Origin: Xylographa opegraphella
Taxonomy: Eukaryota
DNA: 64,000 nucleotides
Direction: 5' to 3'
Assembly (NCBI GenBank): GCA_022813865.1
Contig: JALDZX010000008.1
Location: forward strand, 248,001-312,000
Position 1 is the stretch's first letter. Each line of letters opens with the position of its first letter. The notes beneath the pieces were generated by a model. That model saw nothing but the letters and a program-made list of their open reading frames with translations, was not told where the DNA came from and searched no databases. The position numbers and the translations under genes were made by a program. Shown here one piece after another: positions 36,557 through 48,231 of this stretch.

Positions 36557-38160
36557 CTGAGATGTACAAAAGTTCGCGAGGCTTGTTGGTGGAGTTTGAG
36601 GACTGCAGATCTGACTTGTGCGTTGAATCAGAATGGGCCTTCTCTTCGTTCTGATTCCGCAATACACAGATTGGTTTATATTGGAGTGTCTCCGGTTTCA
36701 AAATTGTGTATTGCAACAACACAAGACTAAAAGCTCACAAAGTTAATCAACTCCGGCTCTGCTTAGCAGCTTCTAAATCACCTCTTGCGGCATATGGGCG
36801 AAAGCCGAAACTTCGTCCACAAACAACTCACGCTCACTGCTTTGATGGAAAGTATGCGGGTTTATGAGTGTGATACAGGTGCACCAAGGAATATGTCAAG
36901 TGATGAAGAATTCTGGAGACCGGTGTGCATATCATGTAAGATTTGTGAGCTTCCATGCCATGTTAAGCTGGTCATGATGATCGCGGAGGTCTCTCAATGA
37001 TATCTTCATGCCGCCAGCAGCGGTACGAGCGTCCGAAGGTACTGAATTGAGATTGATTCAAGTCCTCCTTAGCCAATAAATATAGCTTCATTATCGCACA
37101 CGATAGTGTCGAAATTCTGCAATTCGCCGTGGATCCTTGGACAGGTATCGCGGCAAGCCGATGGGTAACTAATTAATATTTCGTGTTCTGTACTTGTTTC
37201 CTGTAACGCCTCGTCTGACAAGACTCGTATGAAGATGACCTTTCATGAGGAAGCTGGAAACACCTCCAAAGCAGTTTCACATGGCTACTCCAACTTCGGA
37301 TACGGCGCTATGGTAGATCATCTTTCTACATTCGTGGCATAAACCTTGGTCAGTCTACTGCCTGATCCAACTTGTTCGCAAACACAGTGGATTCGCGGTA
37401 TACGCTGGTTCCCTCTCCATGCTAGCAATTCACCGTGATAGGCTGCAATGACGTTTTTGAATGCACGGAATTTTGAATTATCGCACTCCGTGCGAATGGA
37501 TCACTGGTACGGAAGGCGCCGAAGTGAGCTGCTGAAGCAACAGGAGCAGGCGTGTCTCAAAGACACAGCATCCCTTCACTGCCGCAACAAAACCACCAGT
37601 GAAGTTAGCCTCGTATGACCTCGGATGATGATAATGATTTTCGCGAGTCTTTTGACACGCGAGGACAGTGGAAGGCGTTGCGACCGATACAAAAGAAGTC
37701 CTCATGTGTATATCTTGGAAGAAGACTTGCACAGGATTGCATGTATGGATAGTTGAGGTTGCTCAATAATCGTATCATAAGGGCTCGCCCCAGCGGGAAA
37801 GATATGTTCGGAAAGGGTTGATGATCAGAAGTATAGTCACAACATACATGAGAATGAACTCTGGAAGACTCGAGAGCCGGAATGGCCGTGCAGGACATGC
37901 TTTGATCAAGAACGTGTGAGGGTTTTCAACCGACGCATAAGGGATGACGAGGATAATCCGGGGCATTTCTGAACAGCGGCCGCTAACTAAGGGCTAATGG
38001 CCACTAATCCCCCCGGGAGTTGAAGTAACCGAGATTGTTGCCTGGAAGACGTGCAAGTGAAAGTCAACATAGACGCGAACTCCACATGACACAGACCCAC
38101 AACTTCAACCTTTTCAACGGCCACTAGGACTAAGCCACAGCCACAGAACATAATCCAGGT

Positions 38161-41100
38161 ATGTGTGTCTCTGCGTCTTCCGTCACGAAAGTATTCTCTA
38201 ATACTGAACCCATGTCTCACAGAAGTGGCGAGAGGCATAGGCTGGGACATCGTCCACGAAACAATCTAAGCTCCTCCAAGGGAACACAATTCGGCACGGG
38301 AGAATCACAGCATCCTCAAGCAAAACTAATCCAAGATCATAGAATTGGAGCGCTATCGCCGGAGCAATTGGACTATTCAATCCAATCACAACAGTCCTCC
38401 TCGCCCGCGGCGTTTACATTCAACGGAAACAACACATCTCTCTTAGGCGACTCAACATCGTCCTTCTCGTCTCCCGCTACATCTGACTTCTCCTATGCAA
38501 TAGCGGGCTCTCCTACGATCCGATTCAGCGATAAAGCTTCAGATTCTCTACGAGGATCGACTTTTCGGACTGCATCGCCAGAAGAACTGCTCGGGAGTCC
38601 GTTGGTCAAACAAGGCTTGACGGGGCAGAGGTTGTCGAAGCAACCAGCAACCTCAGAAAACATGGTGGTAGAAAGAGAGCCGGCTAGAGGCCCTCTATCC
38701 CCCGCAAAATCGTCTCAGCAACCTCAATCGAACGCCAGTAGGATAGAATTTGGCAAAGCGAGTACACCGCAAAGTCCTCTACGCAATTCGGTCTTCAATA
38801 TTCCGAAGCCCGGTCAGCCTCGGCCTGAGCACCACAGGCCAAATGATCATAATGCCAGAGCTAGTATACAGGTCAGAAGAGATGCTAGGGAGGGTTTCAG
38901 GGTTCCGCTTCAGAATTATGACCCTGTAACGTTGCAACCAATTGTAAAGAAAAATGAGGAACAAGATGTAGTAGAGATCGCTAGGCCTACGAATTCTACA
39001 AGCTGGTCCAGTCACCCTGCTCATCCGCCAGCTACTTACTCATCACTTGTCCATGGTATTAGTGGCTTTGCCACTGTCAATACAGTCCCGTCTGAAAACC
39101 TTGATCAGTTCGTTGATCTTACTGAAACTGCACTTTTTGCGGACAAGTTTGGTGCTCCGGACGCATACCAATACGTCGACCCTGAGCAAGCTACCAAGAA
39201 TTTGAAGGCCCTTCTACATGGCGCTTTCGAAGATGAAGAAAATAAGCCAAAGACACGCGGACGGCGGAGGAAGCTGCAGGAAAGTAGCGTGAACTTGGTT
39301 GACAAACTACGGGGCCTCAAGGTGGGATCTGAATCTAAGGTAGACTCGAAGCATGACGGAACCGGGGAGGATGAAGAAGAAGCAGAAGAGGAAGAGGACG
39401 ATGGGTCGGTTGAAGGAATGAAAGTCAAGCTGTTACCGCACCAAGTGGATGGTGTAAATTGGATGAGGGACAAGGAAAGTGGTGTGACGAAAAAGAATAG
39501 TGTTCTACCTAAAGGTGGAATTCTAGCTGATGATGTGAAATCCTCAATCCTAAGACAGATTTCGAGACTGACTGTTGTACAGATGGGCCTTGGGAAAACC
39601 ATTCAATCTATCGCTCTGCTACTCACAAATCCACGACCCGCATTATCTAGTACTCTTACTAGCAATGCGAAAGCGGACAAGCACAAGATTTCCAATACCG
39701 TTGGTAAAGGGACGCTGGTGGTTGCACCTTTAGCACTCATCAAACAATGGGAGGCCGAAATTGCAAACAGGGTCGAAAATAGCCACAAGCTTCGTGTGTG
39801 TGTACATCATGGTCCGCAACGAACAAAGCGATCCGAAGACCTCCGCAAATACGACGTCGTGATCACTACGTACCAAATACTAGTGTCTGAGCACGGCAAC
39901 TCGTCGGCTACTGTCGACGCGCCCCAAGTCGGCTGCTTTGGGCTTCACTGGTATCGTGTAATTTTGGATGAAGCTCATACCATCAAAAATCGCAATGCAA
40001 AGGCGACGCAAGCATGCTATGCTTTGCGGGCAGAATATAGATGGTGTCTTACTGGAACTCCCATGCAAAACAATCTAGACGAGCTACAGAGTTTGATCAA
40101 ATTCCTTCGAATCAAGCCCTACAACGAACTTGCTGTATGGCGGGAGCAGATAACCAAACCCATGAATAGCGGCCGCGGAGGGATTGCAATGAAACGTCTG
40201 CAATTCTTCCTCAAAGTGTTCATGAAGCGTCGAACTAAAGACGTATTGAAAGTTGAAGGGGCATTGAATCCGGGCGGTAAAGCGGACGTGGAAGGCAACC
40301 CCAATAATGGATTCATAATCACAGAGCGGAAAATTGAAAAAGTCGTTGCTCAATTCACTGACAAGGAGCAGAAGTTCTATGAAAGCCTTGAACAGCGTAC
40401 GGACCAAAGCTTAGAAAAGATGATGAGCGGAAAGACAATGAACTATGCCAGTGCCTTGGTGCTTCTCCTTCGTCTCCGCCAGGCCTGCAATCACCCAGAG
40501 CTTGTGACCCGTTCTATGGCGAAAGACAAGGATGCTCTCTCTACCGGTCAAATTGCTGGCACACAGAGCCCGGGGAAATCAAAAGCAATAAACAATGAAT
40601 TGGATGATATGGCAGATCTTCTAAGTGGTTTGAGCGTTCAGACTAAGCAATGTGATGTATGCCAGCTCGAACTCACGAAGGAGGAAGCCAAAGCTGGATC
40701 AATACGCTGCAGTTCTTGCGAAGGCGATTTGGAGAACTTTAAGGCCCCAAAAAAGGAGCGAAGCAAGCATAAGAAGAATGGTCAGAAAGTACAACAAGCA
40801 AAGCTGAAGGGAGAAGCGCCTCGAAGATGGAACCGCCCTGTCATACAAGACAGCGACGACGAGGGCAACGATGAAGGCGAAGGCGATTGGTTGGTAGCTA
40901 AGTCAAAGCGTCGTGCGGCCAATCTTGGAAATGCAGGAGGTAGTGACGACGAGAATGCAGAAGGTGGCGGCGAATGGCTTGCATCTGACGACACAGATAC
41001 TGGCGACGAAGCTTCAGTACAGATATTAGGATCTCATCGGAAGAAGGTTACGAGCCTCGATACCGAAGATGAGGGGGCAGAGTCGTCTGATACATCGGAT

Positions 41101-41935
41101 GAAGAAGCAGACCAAGACGACCACGACGAATCACTCAGCTCCGATGAGGAGCCTCCGTTATCGTTCATCACTTCAACCAAAATCGACCACCTTGTTAAGA
41201 TCCTCAACATGGAAGCAGGAACTCACAAGTTCATTGTTTTTTCTCAGTTCACATCGATGCTGGACCTCATCGAGCCTTTCCTGCAAAAGAATCGTCTTGT
41301 TTACACCCGATATGATGGCAGCATGCGTAACGACCTCCGTGAAGCCAGTCTTGAACGACTGCGGAATGAGAAGAAGACTCGCATCCTACTTTGCAGTTTG
41401 AAATGCGGGTCTTTGGGTCTCAATCTCACGGCCGCGAGCCGAGTGGTCATTCTCGAGCCATTCTGGAACCCTGTACGTCCCTCGCTCCATCCCCTTCCCC
41501 TCATCATGTTTCCGAGCAAACGGACTCTACTAACAGCGACCCTAGTTCGTTGAAGAACAGGCCATCGACCGCGTGCACCGCCTCAACCAGACCGTCGACG
41601 TCGTCGTGTACAAAATCACCATCGCCGGCAGCGTCGAGGAGCGCATCCTCGACTTGCAAGATAAGAAACGCGCCCTGGCCGCGGCCGCGATCGAGGGGCA
41701 AGCGGTCGCCAAATTGAGCATGCAGGATATCCTCAACCTGTTCAAGCACGACGCCGAGCACGATCCGAGGCACCAGATGCACGACCCGCTCGTAGCCAAG
41801 ACGCGGGTTCTGCCCGCGGTGGCTCCCGGTTCCGGTCCCCGGGACAGCAGTCGGAGGGCTACGCCGCCGGTGATGCAGAGCTTTGTGGGTGCAAATCGGG
41901 TGAAGGAGGATGCGGTGTTCGGGAGGCGGTGGTGA
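38161..41935 (+). CDS. SNF2-family DNA-dependent ATPase (Rad5/16-like group, Ris1/Uls1-related); true start may be the ATG at 38662
   Basis: Motifs: LLPHQVDG, GGILADD|MGLGKT (48-nt intron 39535-39582), VILDEAH, WCLTGTPMQN, LLRLRQACNHP, FSQFTSML, GLNLT and WNP|FVEEQAIDRVHR (intron 41473-41545). Positions 38159-38222 look like an intron, which makes the 5' end uncertain. Confidence 0.9.
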
Positions 41936-42816
41936 AGGGGGGGAAGGCGGTGGTTTGAGGGCTTTTCTTGTTGGATAGATCGGATGTCGTATATCCGTGG
42001 GGTAACCACACTCGGGTTTCCGTGAGACATGGGCATTAGGGTTTTTGCAATATATGACTTGTGCACTTATGCCTTTCGCCGTGTCTTCCGGAGCAATTGG
42101 TAGTCCCACAAAACCTTTTGAATCAAATAAGTTGTGGTATTATTCAAATATCAGAGCCCGTCCCGGAGCACGATCTCACACCCCCGCCCACCCCCAGAGA
42201 CACACCCAGCCTCCGAGCCAGCTAGAACATCTCGCGTAGAGCACGCCTTCGCCGACTGTCTACCATCCCAGTAACCCATGTCTGGTGCTGGGTTCCACCC
42301 CGCTGGGAGGGGTAGGAGGCCTGAAGGGAGGTGAGGGCTTAGCTTGTGAGGTGAGGAGGGAAGTGGAAGTCATGTCCGGGTTTCTAAAGGGGGATAGGTA
42401 AGTTCGGAGACTTGACTTCACGTTAATATTGTCGATTGGGGGATATGTAGTGGAGTATGAGAGCGGTCACGATGGTCGAGGCACGGGAGGAGGTGCGGAC
42501 GTTATAGTGTTGGCTCGGGGAGGGAGTTTCCCCAACGAGTGGGCGGACGCAGCTGGGAGTGCTGGAATACCTTGCTCGTTAGGTTTCAGATAAGCAGGTA
42601 AGTGAAATCAGACAGCCGGAGTGAAATGGTGGCGGAAGACAAGGAGGGGGACGAGGTAGTGTTTCCGGGCAGTACGGAATCGCGAGAAGTAGACATCGCT
42701 TACTGGATTGAGAATGCATTTGAAATATTGGTATCAATCAGTCGTATGTAAAAACAGCATGCGATACAATCCGCACACAGATGAAATCACCATCTTCCGC
42801 ACACGCAAGATCAGCT

Positions 42817-44607
42817 TTACGCATCGGGCACAAACTGCACGCCCCCAACGGAGGCGGCAGACTGCAAGAACGGCCCAGCGCCCCTCACGGCGCGCGATTG
42901 AGCCTCTCGACCTCTGTACCGCATGTCTGGACTCGGCTGAGCCCCATTTCTCCAGCCAGGAGGCCCCATCCGGGCCTGAAGGTTTTCATCAGACGCGGAA
43001 GGACCAGCGTGGTCGAATGATTCCGGTCGCCTGCTCGCCGGCTGACGGACTCTGCGGGCTGATACCTCCCCGGCCATGTCGTCCCGCAGTATCTTGACCT
43101 GCGTGACCATTACCCTCCAGATCTCGTACTTCTCCGGATCGTCCTCACGCGGCTGTTCAGGATAGTGGTCGAACTTCGCCTTACCTTCAACCAATATGGC
43201 TTTAGGGTTGGGCGGCTCGGTTTGATTACGGCCTTCCAGAGGAGATAGCCGAACGTGCTCAACAGGAGTCACCTTCTCCACCACAGTGCTCCCATCTTCC
43301 AATTTCCCCGTTCTAGATCCAGCAATGGTCAGAAGAGTGGCTATGAAGGCCTCCTTCATATATGCAAAACTGAACTCGCCCATGATGCCGGCCATGGCTT
43401 TACACAACATCTCCGGGAACTCGATGCTCGGTTTGTTCCGAAGCTTGTGTCTCCAGAACTCGCAGTAGAGCGTCCTCTCCTCGAGAGAAGGCTGTGGAAA
43501 CAGATACTTGCGATCGAAGCGGGAGGGACGGTGCGAGAGACCTGGGTCGAGCCGGTCAAGATGATTTGTACTGGCGATCATCATAATGCCATCATTGTGC
43601 TCCAAGCCATCTGCCTCATTGAAGAAGTATGAGCGCGTCTTATCCGTCACAATTGTATCAATGTCTTCGAAGATGACAAGGCATGGTGCCATCTGCCTGG
43701 CGAATGCGAAGATCTGACGAATATTGTAGGTGAAATCCGCAGCTTTGATGTAAAGACTAGGGATGGGGTCTTTTCGAACCGAAAGAGTGTGCATGATCGC
43801 CTTCAGGCTGATAGTCTTGCCGTTCCCCGCCTAATCACATTTAGCTATACCGATCAACTTTGCTGCCTCCCTGGGAACCAGTACCGGGCCATGGAATATC
43901 ACTCCACGTTTCCAGGGCACGCCGGCCTCTTCATAGACCTTCTTACTATCGAAGAATCTCCGGACGAGGTCTTGTAGCGCCGTCTTCATTCCTTGATCGA
44001 GAATCACGTCGTCCCAGTCTGCCTTCTGCACTTCTTCCCAGAGTGCGCGGCTGATCGTCCAGTAATTATCGTATACATACACGAGTTTATCATCCGCCAT
44101 TTGCCAGTCCCCCACACTCTGTATCAAATTATCAGTCATTTTTGACCTTGAATCCGTAGTGTCATCGTTGTCGAGCTCGCGGAGAACATAGTACACAGTA
44201 ATAGGATAGTTTTTGTCCACTCGTACGACCGCCTTATAGAGGATAAACTCCTCGCTCAACCACTTATATCTGTATTTAGCAAACCTGATAGCATCCCCAA
44301 GTCGACCAGGCTGGCCTCGTTGACTTGGGAAAAGATAGCCACGCCATCGTACAGCAGTGTCAGTCACAGGGTCGATTTCCGCAGAAGCATAACCGGCGGC
44401 TGCATATGCTAGCAGATCACAATTCTGTGCCAAAATCGCGGTGATCAAATGCTTGGGGTAACAGCTGCGTAAAGCTTCTGTTACCTGGACATCGGAGTCT
44501 TGCAATGGAGCACCATAGATACTCTTATAGTTGTCCAAAACTCGACCAGCATTGGCTGAGACAGAGCCAATGATATCGAACGGCTCATTTTCATTGAAAG
44601 ATTCCAT
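42817..44607 (-). CDS. Single-ring AAA+ ATPase of unknown function
   Basis: Walker A KRGVIFHGP|AGNGKT is split by intron 43884-43831. Walker B is LVIFEDID and the SRH region is ASTNHLDRLDPGLSHRPSRFDRK. Confidence 0.88.
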
Positions 44608-45715
44608 CCTGAATCACGGGAAAGCCTTGCAGTGATATCAACTGAGTGCACGCTCAAAATTTGCTTGATGATTCAGAAAGCCGAAACGCATGAATAACGA
44701 CACGAAGAATTCTGATGGCGAAATGTGCCATGAAAACAGGTGAGTTTGAACAAGAAGTTGGAAGGATGATGCAGCACGGCCATAGGCACCAGCTTCGACA
44801 GTCTTGGCTAGACTGGCTTTACGATCCTGCGGGAGATGTTGGTTGGTTTCGGGACAATCGCACGAGTCACTGCTTCCTTTGGACAGCCATAGCTACCAGC
44901 TGTCCAACGTCCGAAAGTGCCGGCATCGGTAACTTAGCAATTGCTATGGCTACACTACGAAGCTCATGATCTCGTCAAACTTGGTCCTGACTCGCAGAAA
45001 GGTATCGGTAGCTATACTCTGAATCTTTAGCCAAAAGCTTGCAGTGAGGTAAGGTCTTGGCAGCAAGTAATTGCCTGTCAAATCAACAGAACAAAATGGA
45101 CAACTAAGTATCCTAGTCTTTGGCTCGCATTGACAAACACGTTACACAAATATTCCTCCTCATGAGCCGCGTAAAAGAAGTCCACCGACAATATAATCGA
45201 ATATATTATCACAATAATACTTAAACATCAACGATATCAGGAACCATCCACGTCTTAAAGAATCCGACGAGTCCTTCCCCATCCCAAGATTATAATAGAT
45301 CCATACGAGGCAAAGAAAGACCCACCGTGTAGCCCCCCACAAGGTCACACGAGCTCCCACTTCACAATCGCACGAGCCCCGAGCCCCCAAAACACGAGTA
45401 ATACTTTGTTCTCCAAGAACCTGCACGTTGCACTCTCGACCGAAGCTGCCGAAACCCCCGTAGTCCCAAAAAGCGCTCGCCTTGTATGTACACCGCGAGC
45501 CCCGCGCCGTCATTAGAGAATAGACATTACCGCAACACCCCCCGCGAGACCCGAAGAGCAGGCAAGCAAGCAACGCAAGTGGTCCGCGCCGTATGCCGAC
45601 CACAGAGGTGGAAGAAAAAAGGGCCACGAGATCTCCGATCCCCAATCCCACGCTTCCAAAGCATAGCCAGATAGGCAGCGAAGGAGAAAGCGGAGCCACA
45701 AAAAGCCACGGATGA

Positions 45716-47395
45716 TCACTCCAGCCCCGAACACCCAACCCCCTCCCCCTCCCACAACCTCCTGAGGATACCCTCCACGCCCTCCTCCCCCCCAAGCCCC
45801 TCCTCGTCACTCCCGGTCTCGAACCTCACACTCCGCCTCTCCCCCTTCTGACTTGGCGGGCGACCCTCCCGGCCATCTTTCGTCCTCCCCCGCTCCCCAT
45901 CATCCGCCTTCCTCCGCCTCCCTTTGCCCTTCCCGCCGACAACCCGCCCCAAGCCCTCCAGCACCGGGTTGCGAAACCGTCGCAGGTATCCCATCTCGCC
46001 TTCCGCCCGCTCCCAGAGCCGGATCCGCCGTTCCTCGCTTCCCACCATCCCTTGCAGCCCAGACGCGCCCCTGGTCGCCAGCCCCGCGCCCGCGCCAGTG
46101 TGCGAGGCCGGACTCTCGATGTTCACTTGCGTTCGCCACAGCTCTTGCTTCGCCGCCGTGTTGCCGCCCGCACGGCGTGTCGAGCGAGGGTCGATGTTGT
46201 AGGAGGGAGGAGCCCGTTTCAGGGATTCGGTCGTCGTCGAGGCGGGGTTGAGGTTGCCGGTCGATTTGGCACGGCGGACGGAGTCGGCGGCGATAGCAGG
46301 GGAGTTGGGCGACGGAGAGCGGGTACGGCTGTTGTGCGATGGCGGTTGGTTTTGCAAGGCAGAGAGGGCGGAATGGAGGTGTGCGACGGAGCCGCCAGAG
46401 GAGCCGGAGGCGGCATTATGATTGAGAAAGCGGGAGACGCCGTCAGCGGGCATGGAAGGGTCGGTCAAAGGGGTTTCGTTGGCGGCATAGGTGGGCGGGG
46501 TATGCGTGCCAGGGGTGCCGGTGGCGGAAATGGACGAGAGCTGTGGTTGAAGTTTTTGCGAGGCATGATGTCGCAGGAGGCGGGATGTGACGGCGTCCGC
46601 ATCAGGAGGGCGGGTGGAAGAGTGACTGGAGTAGGGAGCTGCTGGTTGACTGTGCAGGTTTTCGGGTGGTGCTTCCGTGGAAGAGGCTGTCGCAGGCGAT
46701 TCTGGTGGGGAGTCTGGCAGTGCTGCTTGTCGTTGATTCAGGAGATGCTCCCGCGGTGGGGAGCCTGGGCGGGTACCGGCGCCTTCAGAGCTCTGTCTCG
46801 TTGTACTGGGGGACTGTGAATTGCTCTCCTCCGTCCAGTCTTCGTCTTGGTCTTCGTCGCTGCCGACAGAGAAATTCCCGGTAGAATTTGCCAAGGTATT
46901 GTGTTGAGTCTTGCTCTTTGTGTGGGTGTGCCGCAACGGAGTGGTAGGCCGTCCGGCCTTGCCCAACTGAGTTGCGGAAGATCCATTACGCTTCAGTGAT
47001 ATGTTGGAAGAGTTCCTCTTTACTGATGTCTTAGACGTGACACGCGGTAAGCTCACATTCGAGCTGTTCCGCCTGATATCTTTTGTTGAGGGACTCGTGG
47101 ACGGAGTATGCAGCTTCTGCTTTGAGTGATTTCTGGCAACGGCGCCCTCTTCCCCACCATGGGCAGCGTTCAGTTTTGTGAGCTTGTTCAGGTTCTTGCC
47201 ATAAGACGGGTTTCGCGCGTGCGGCAGGCGGCCGAGAGTTGACGTGTGAGCTCGATGCAGCCTGTGCGCCGGTGCTTTGTGGGAGTCGGAGGGTAGACCG
47301 CTGGATGGCGACGCACGCACAAGCGATTGTGCGGAGGATGTCCGTCCGTTCAGTACAGGGCGCTGTACTGGGGAAGACAACTCCTGAGCAGGCAT
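45716..47395 (-). CDS. Tco89-like (TORC1 accessory subunit) intrinsically disordered protein
   Basis: Intronless 559-aa S/T/P/R-rich ORF. Its short conserved-looking blocks (RNPSYGKNL, DWTEES, AKQELWR, RRFRNPVLEGLGRV, ILRRLWE) resemble fungal Tco89-domain proteins; the family call is from recall only. Confidence 0.6.
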   Translation of the reverse strand: MPAQELSSPVQRPVLNGRTSSAQSLVRASPSSGLPSDSHKAPAHRLHRAHTSTLGRLPHARNPSYGKNLNKLTKLNAAHGGEEGAVARNHSKQKLHTPSTSPSTKDIRRNSSNVSLPRVTSKTSVKRNSSNISLKRNGSSATQLGKAGRPTTPLRHTHTKSKTQHNTLANSTGNFSVGSDEDQDEDWTEESNSQSPSTTRQSSEGAGTRPGSPPREHLLNQRQAALPDSPPESPATASSTEAPPENLHSQPAAPYSSHSSTRPPDADAVTSRLLRHHASQKLQPQLSSISATGTPGTHTPPTYAANETPLTDPSMPADGVSRFLNHNAASGSSGGSVAHLHSALSALQNQPPSHNSRTRSPSPNSPAIAADSVRRAKSTGNLNPASTTTESLKRAPPSYNIDPRSTRRAGGNTAAKQELWRTQVNIESPASHTGAGAGLATRGASGLQGMVGSEERRIRLWERAEGEMGYLRRFRNPVLEGLGRVVGGKGKGRRRKADDGERGRTKDGREGRPPSQKGERRSVRFETGSDEEGLGGEEGVEGILRRLWEGEGVGCSGLE

Positions 47396-48231
47396 TCTCT
47401 TCCACTGTGGCAGATTTCCAGAACAGGCGGTGGTTTGTGATTGGGTATCCTAGTGTTGTTTGAAGTAAGGGAGGATCAGCGCTGCGCATTGAAGTTTTCG
47501 ATGAGTCAATGGCAAAGATCAAACGGCGATGAGACACAAATTGTAACTCCCAACTGCCTAAATAAGGGTGTCTGGAACTTGGTGACCGTCGCCTGCGTTA
47601 TGCACCGAAGGTTGAAGATAAGTTACTGGCGAATTCACGCTACCCTTGCGGCTATGTTTGTCAGAGACCTATCACATGAGCGGACAGTATAATAAATCCA
47701 TTGATGAAATGTGGCTCATTTGAGCGTTGCCACAGCATAAAGGCCTGTGAGGGTTGAGAGCACACATAATTCGATAGTTCATTGTGGATAATGTTCTGCT
47801 CTTCTGTATCCCCATGCACAGCTATCTATCGACCCGGAATTCATGTATCTACAGCCCATCCCACTCCGTAAATGTAACGCTGTAGCCTTGGAACCTGTAG
47901 TAAGCCATCGTCCAGAGCGCCTCCTCCAGCTACTGCCAACAGCAGACTCACAATCTCCTGCCCGCACGCCATACTCCATTCGCTAAGTATGCCGAAAAAC
48001 CAAGAAGCCGCCAATGCAGCATATATACATAACTTACAGATCCTTGGGAGCAAATGACCTGTAATGAGCTCCCTCTGTCCACGCTTTACCTGCTTCTCAA
48101 ACATGGAGCATAACTTTGACTCCAGAAGCTAGGATGAAAGAAATCAAAGCATGGCTCGATGCTATTGCTATTGGTTCAGGCGGTGTCAATGGAACCATCC
48201 GACGAAATGGTAAGCCCTATCGGCGACTCAC

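Noticed and set aside
36700..38100. Short ORFs in the 1.4-kb gap between the esterase and SNF2 genes
   Set aside because: I found no coherent spliced frame, domain, terminal repeat or transposase/RT motif.
39535..39582. Stop-free 3n introns inside catalytic motifs (SNF2 Walker A; also 9516-9566, 12406-12344, 18488-18535, 19271-19363, 23467-23417 and 28339-28386)
   Set aside because: About seven among roughly fifty short introns is what chance would give. There is no evidence of regulated retention.
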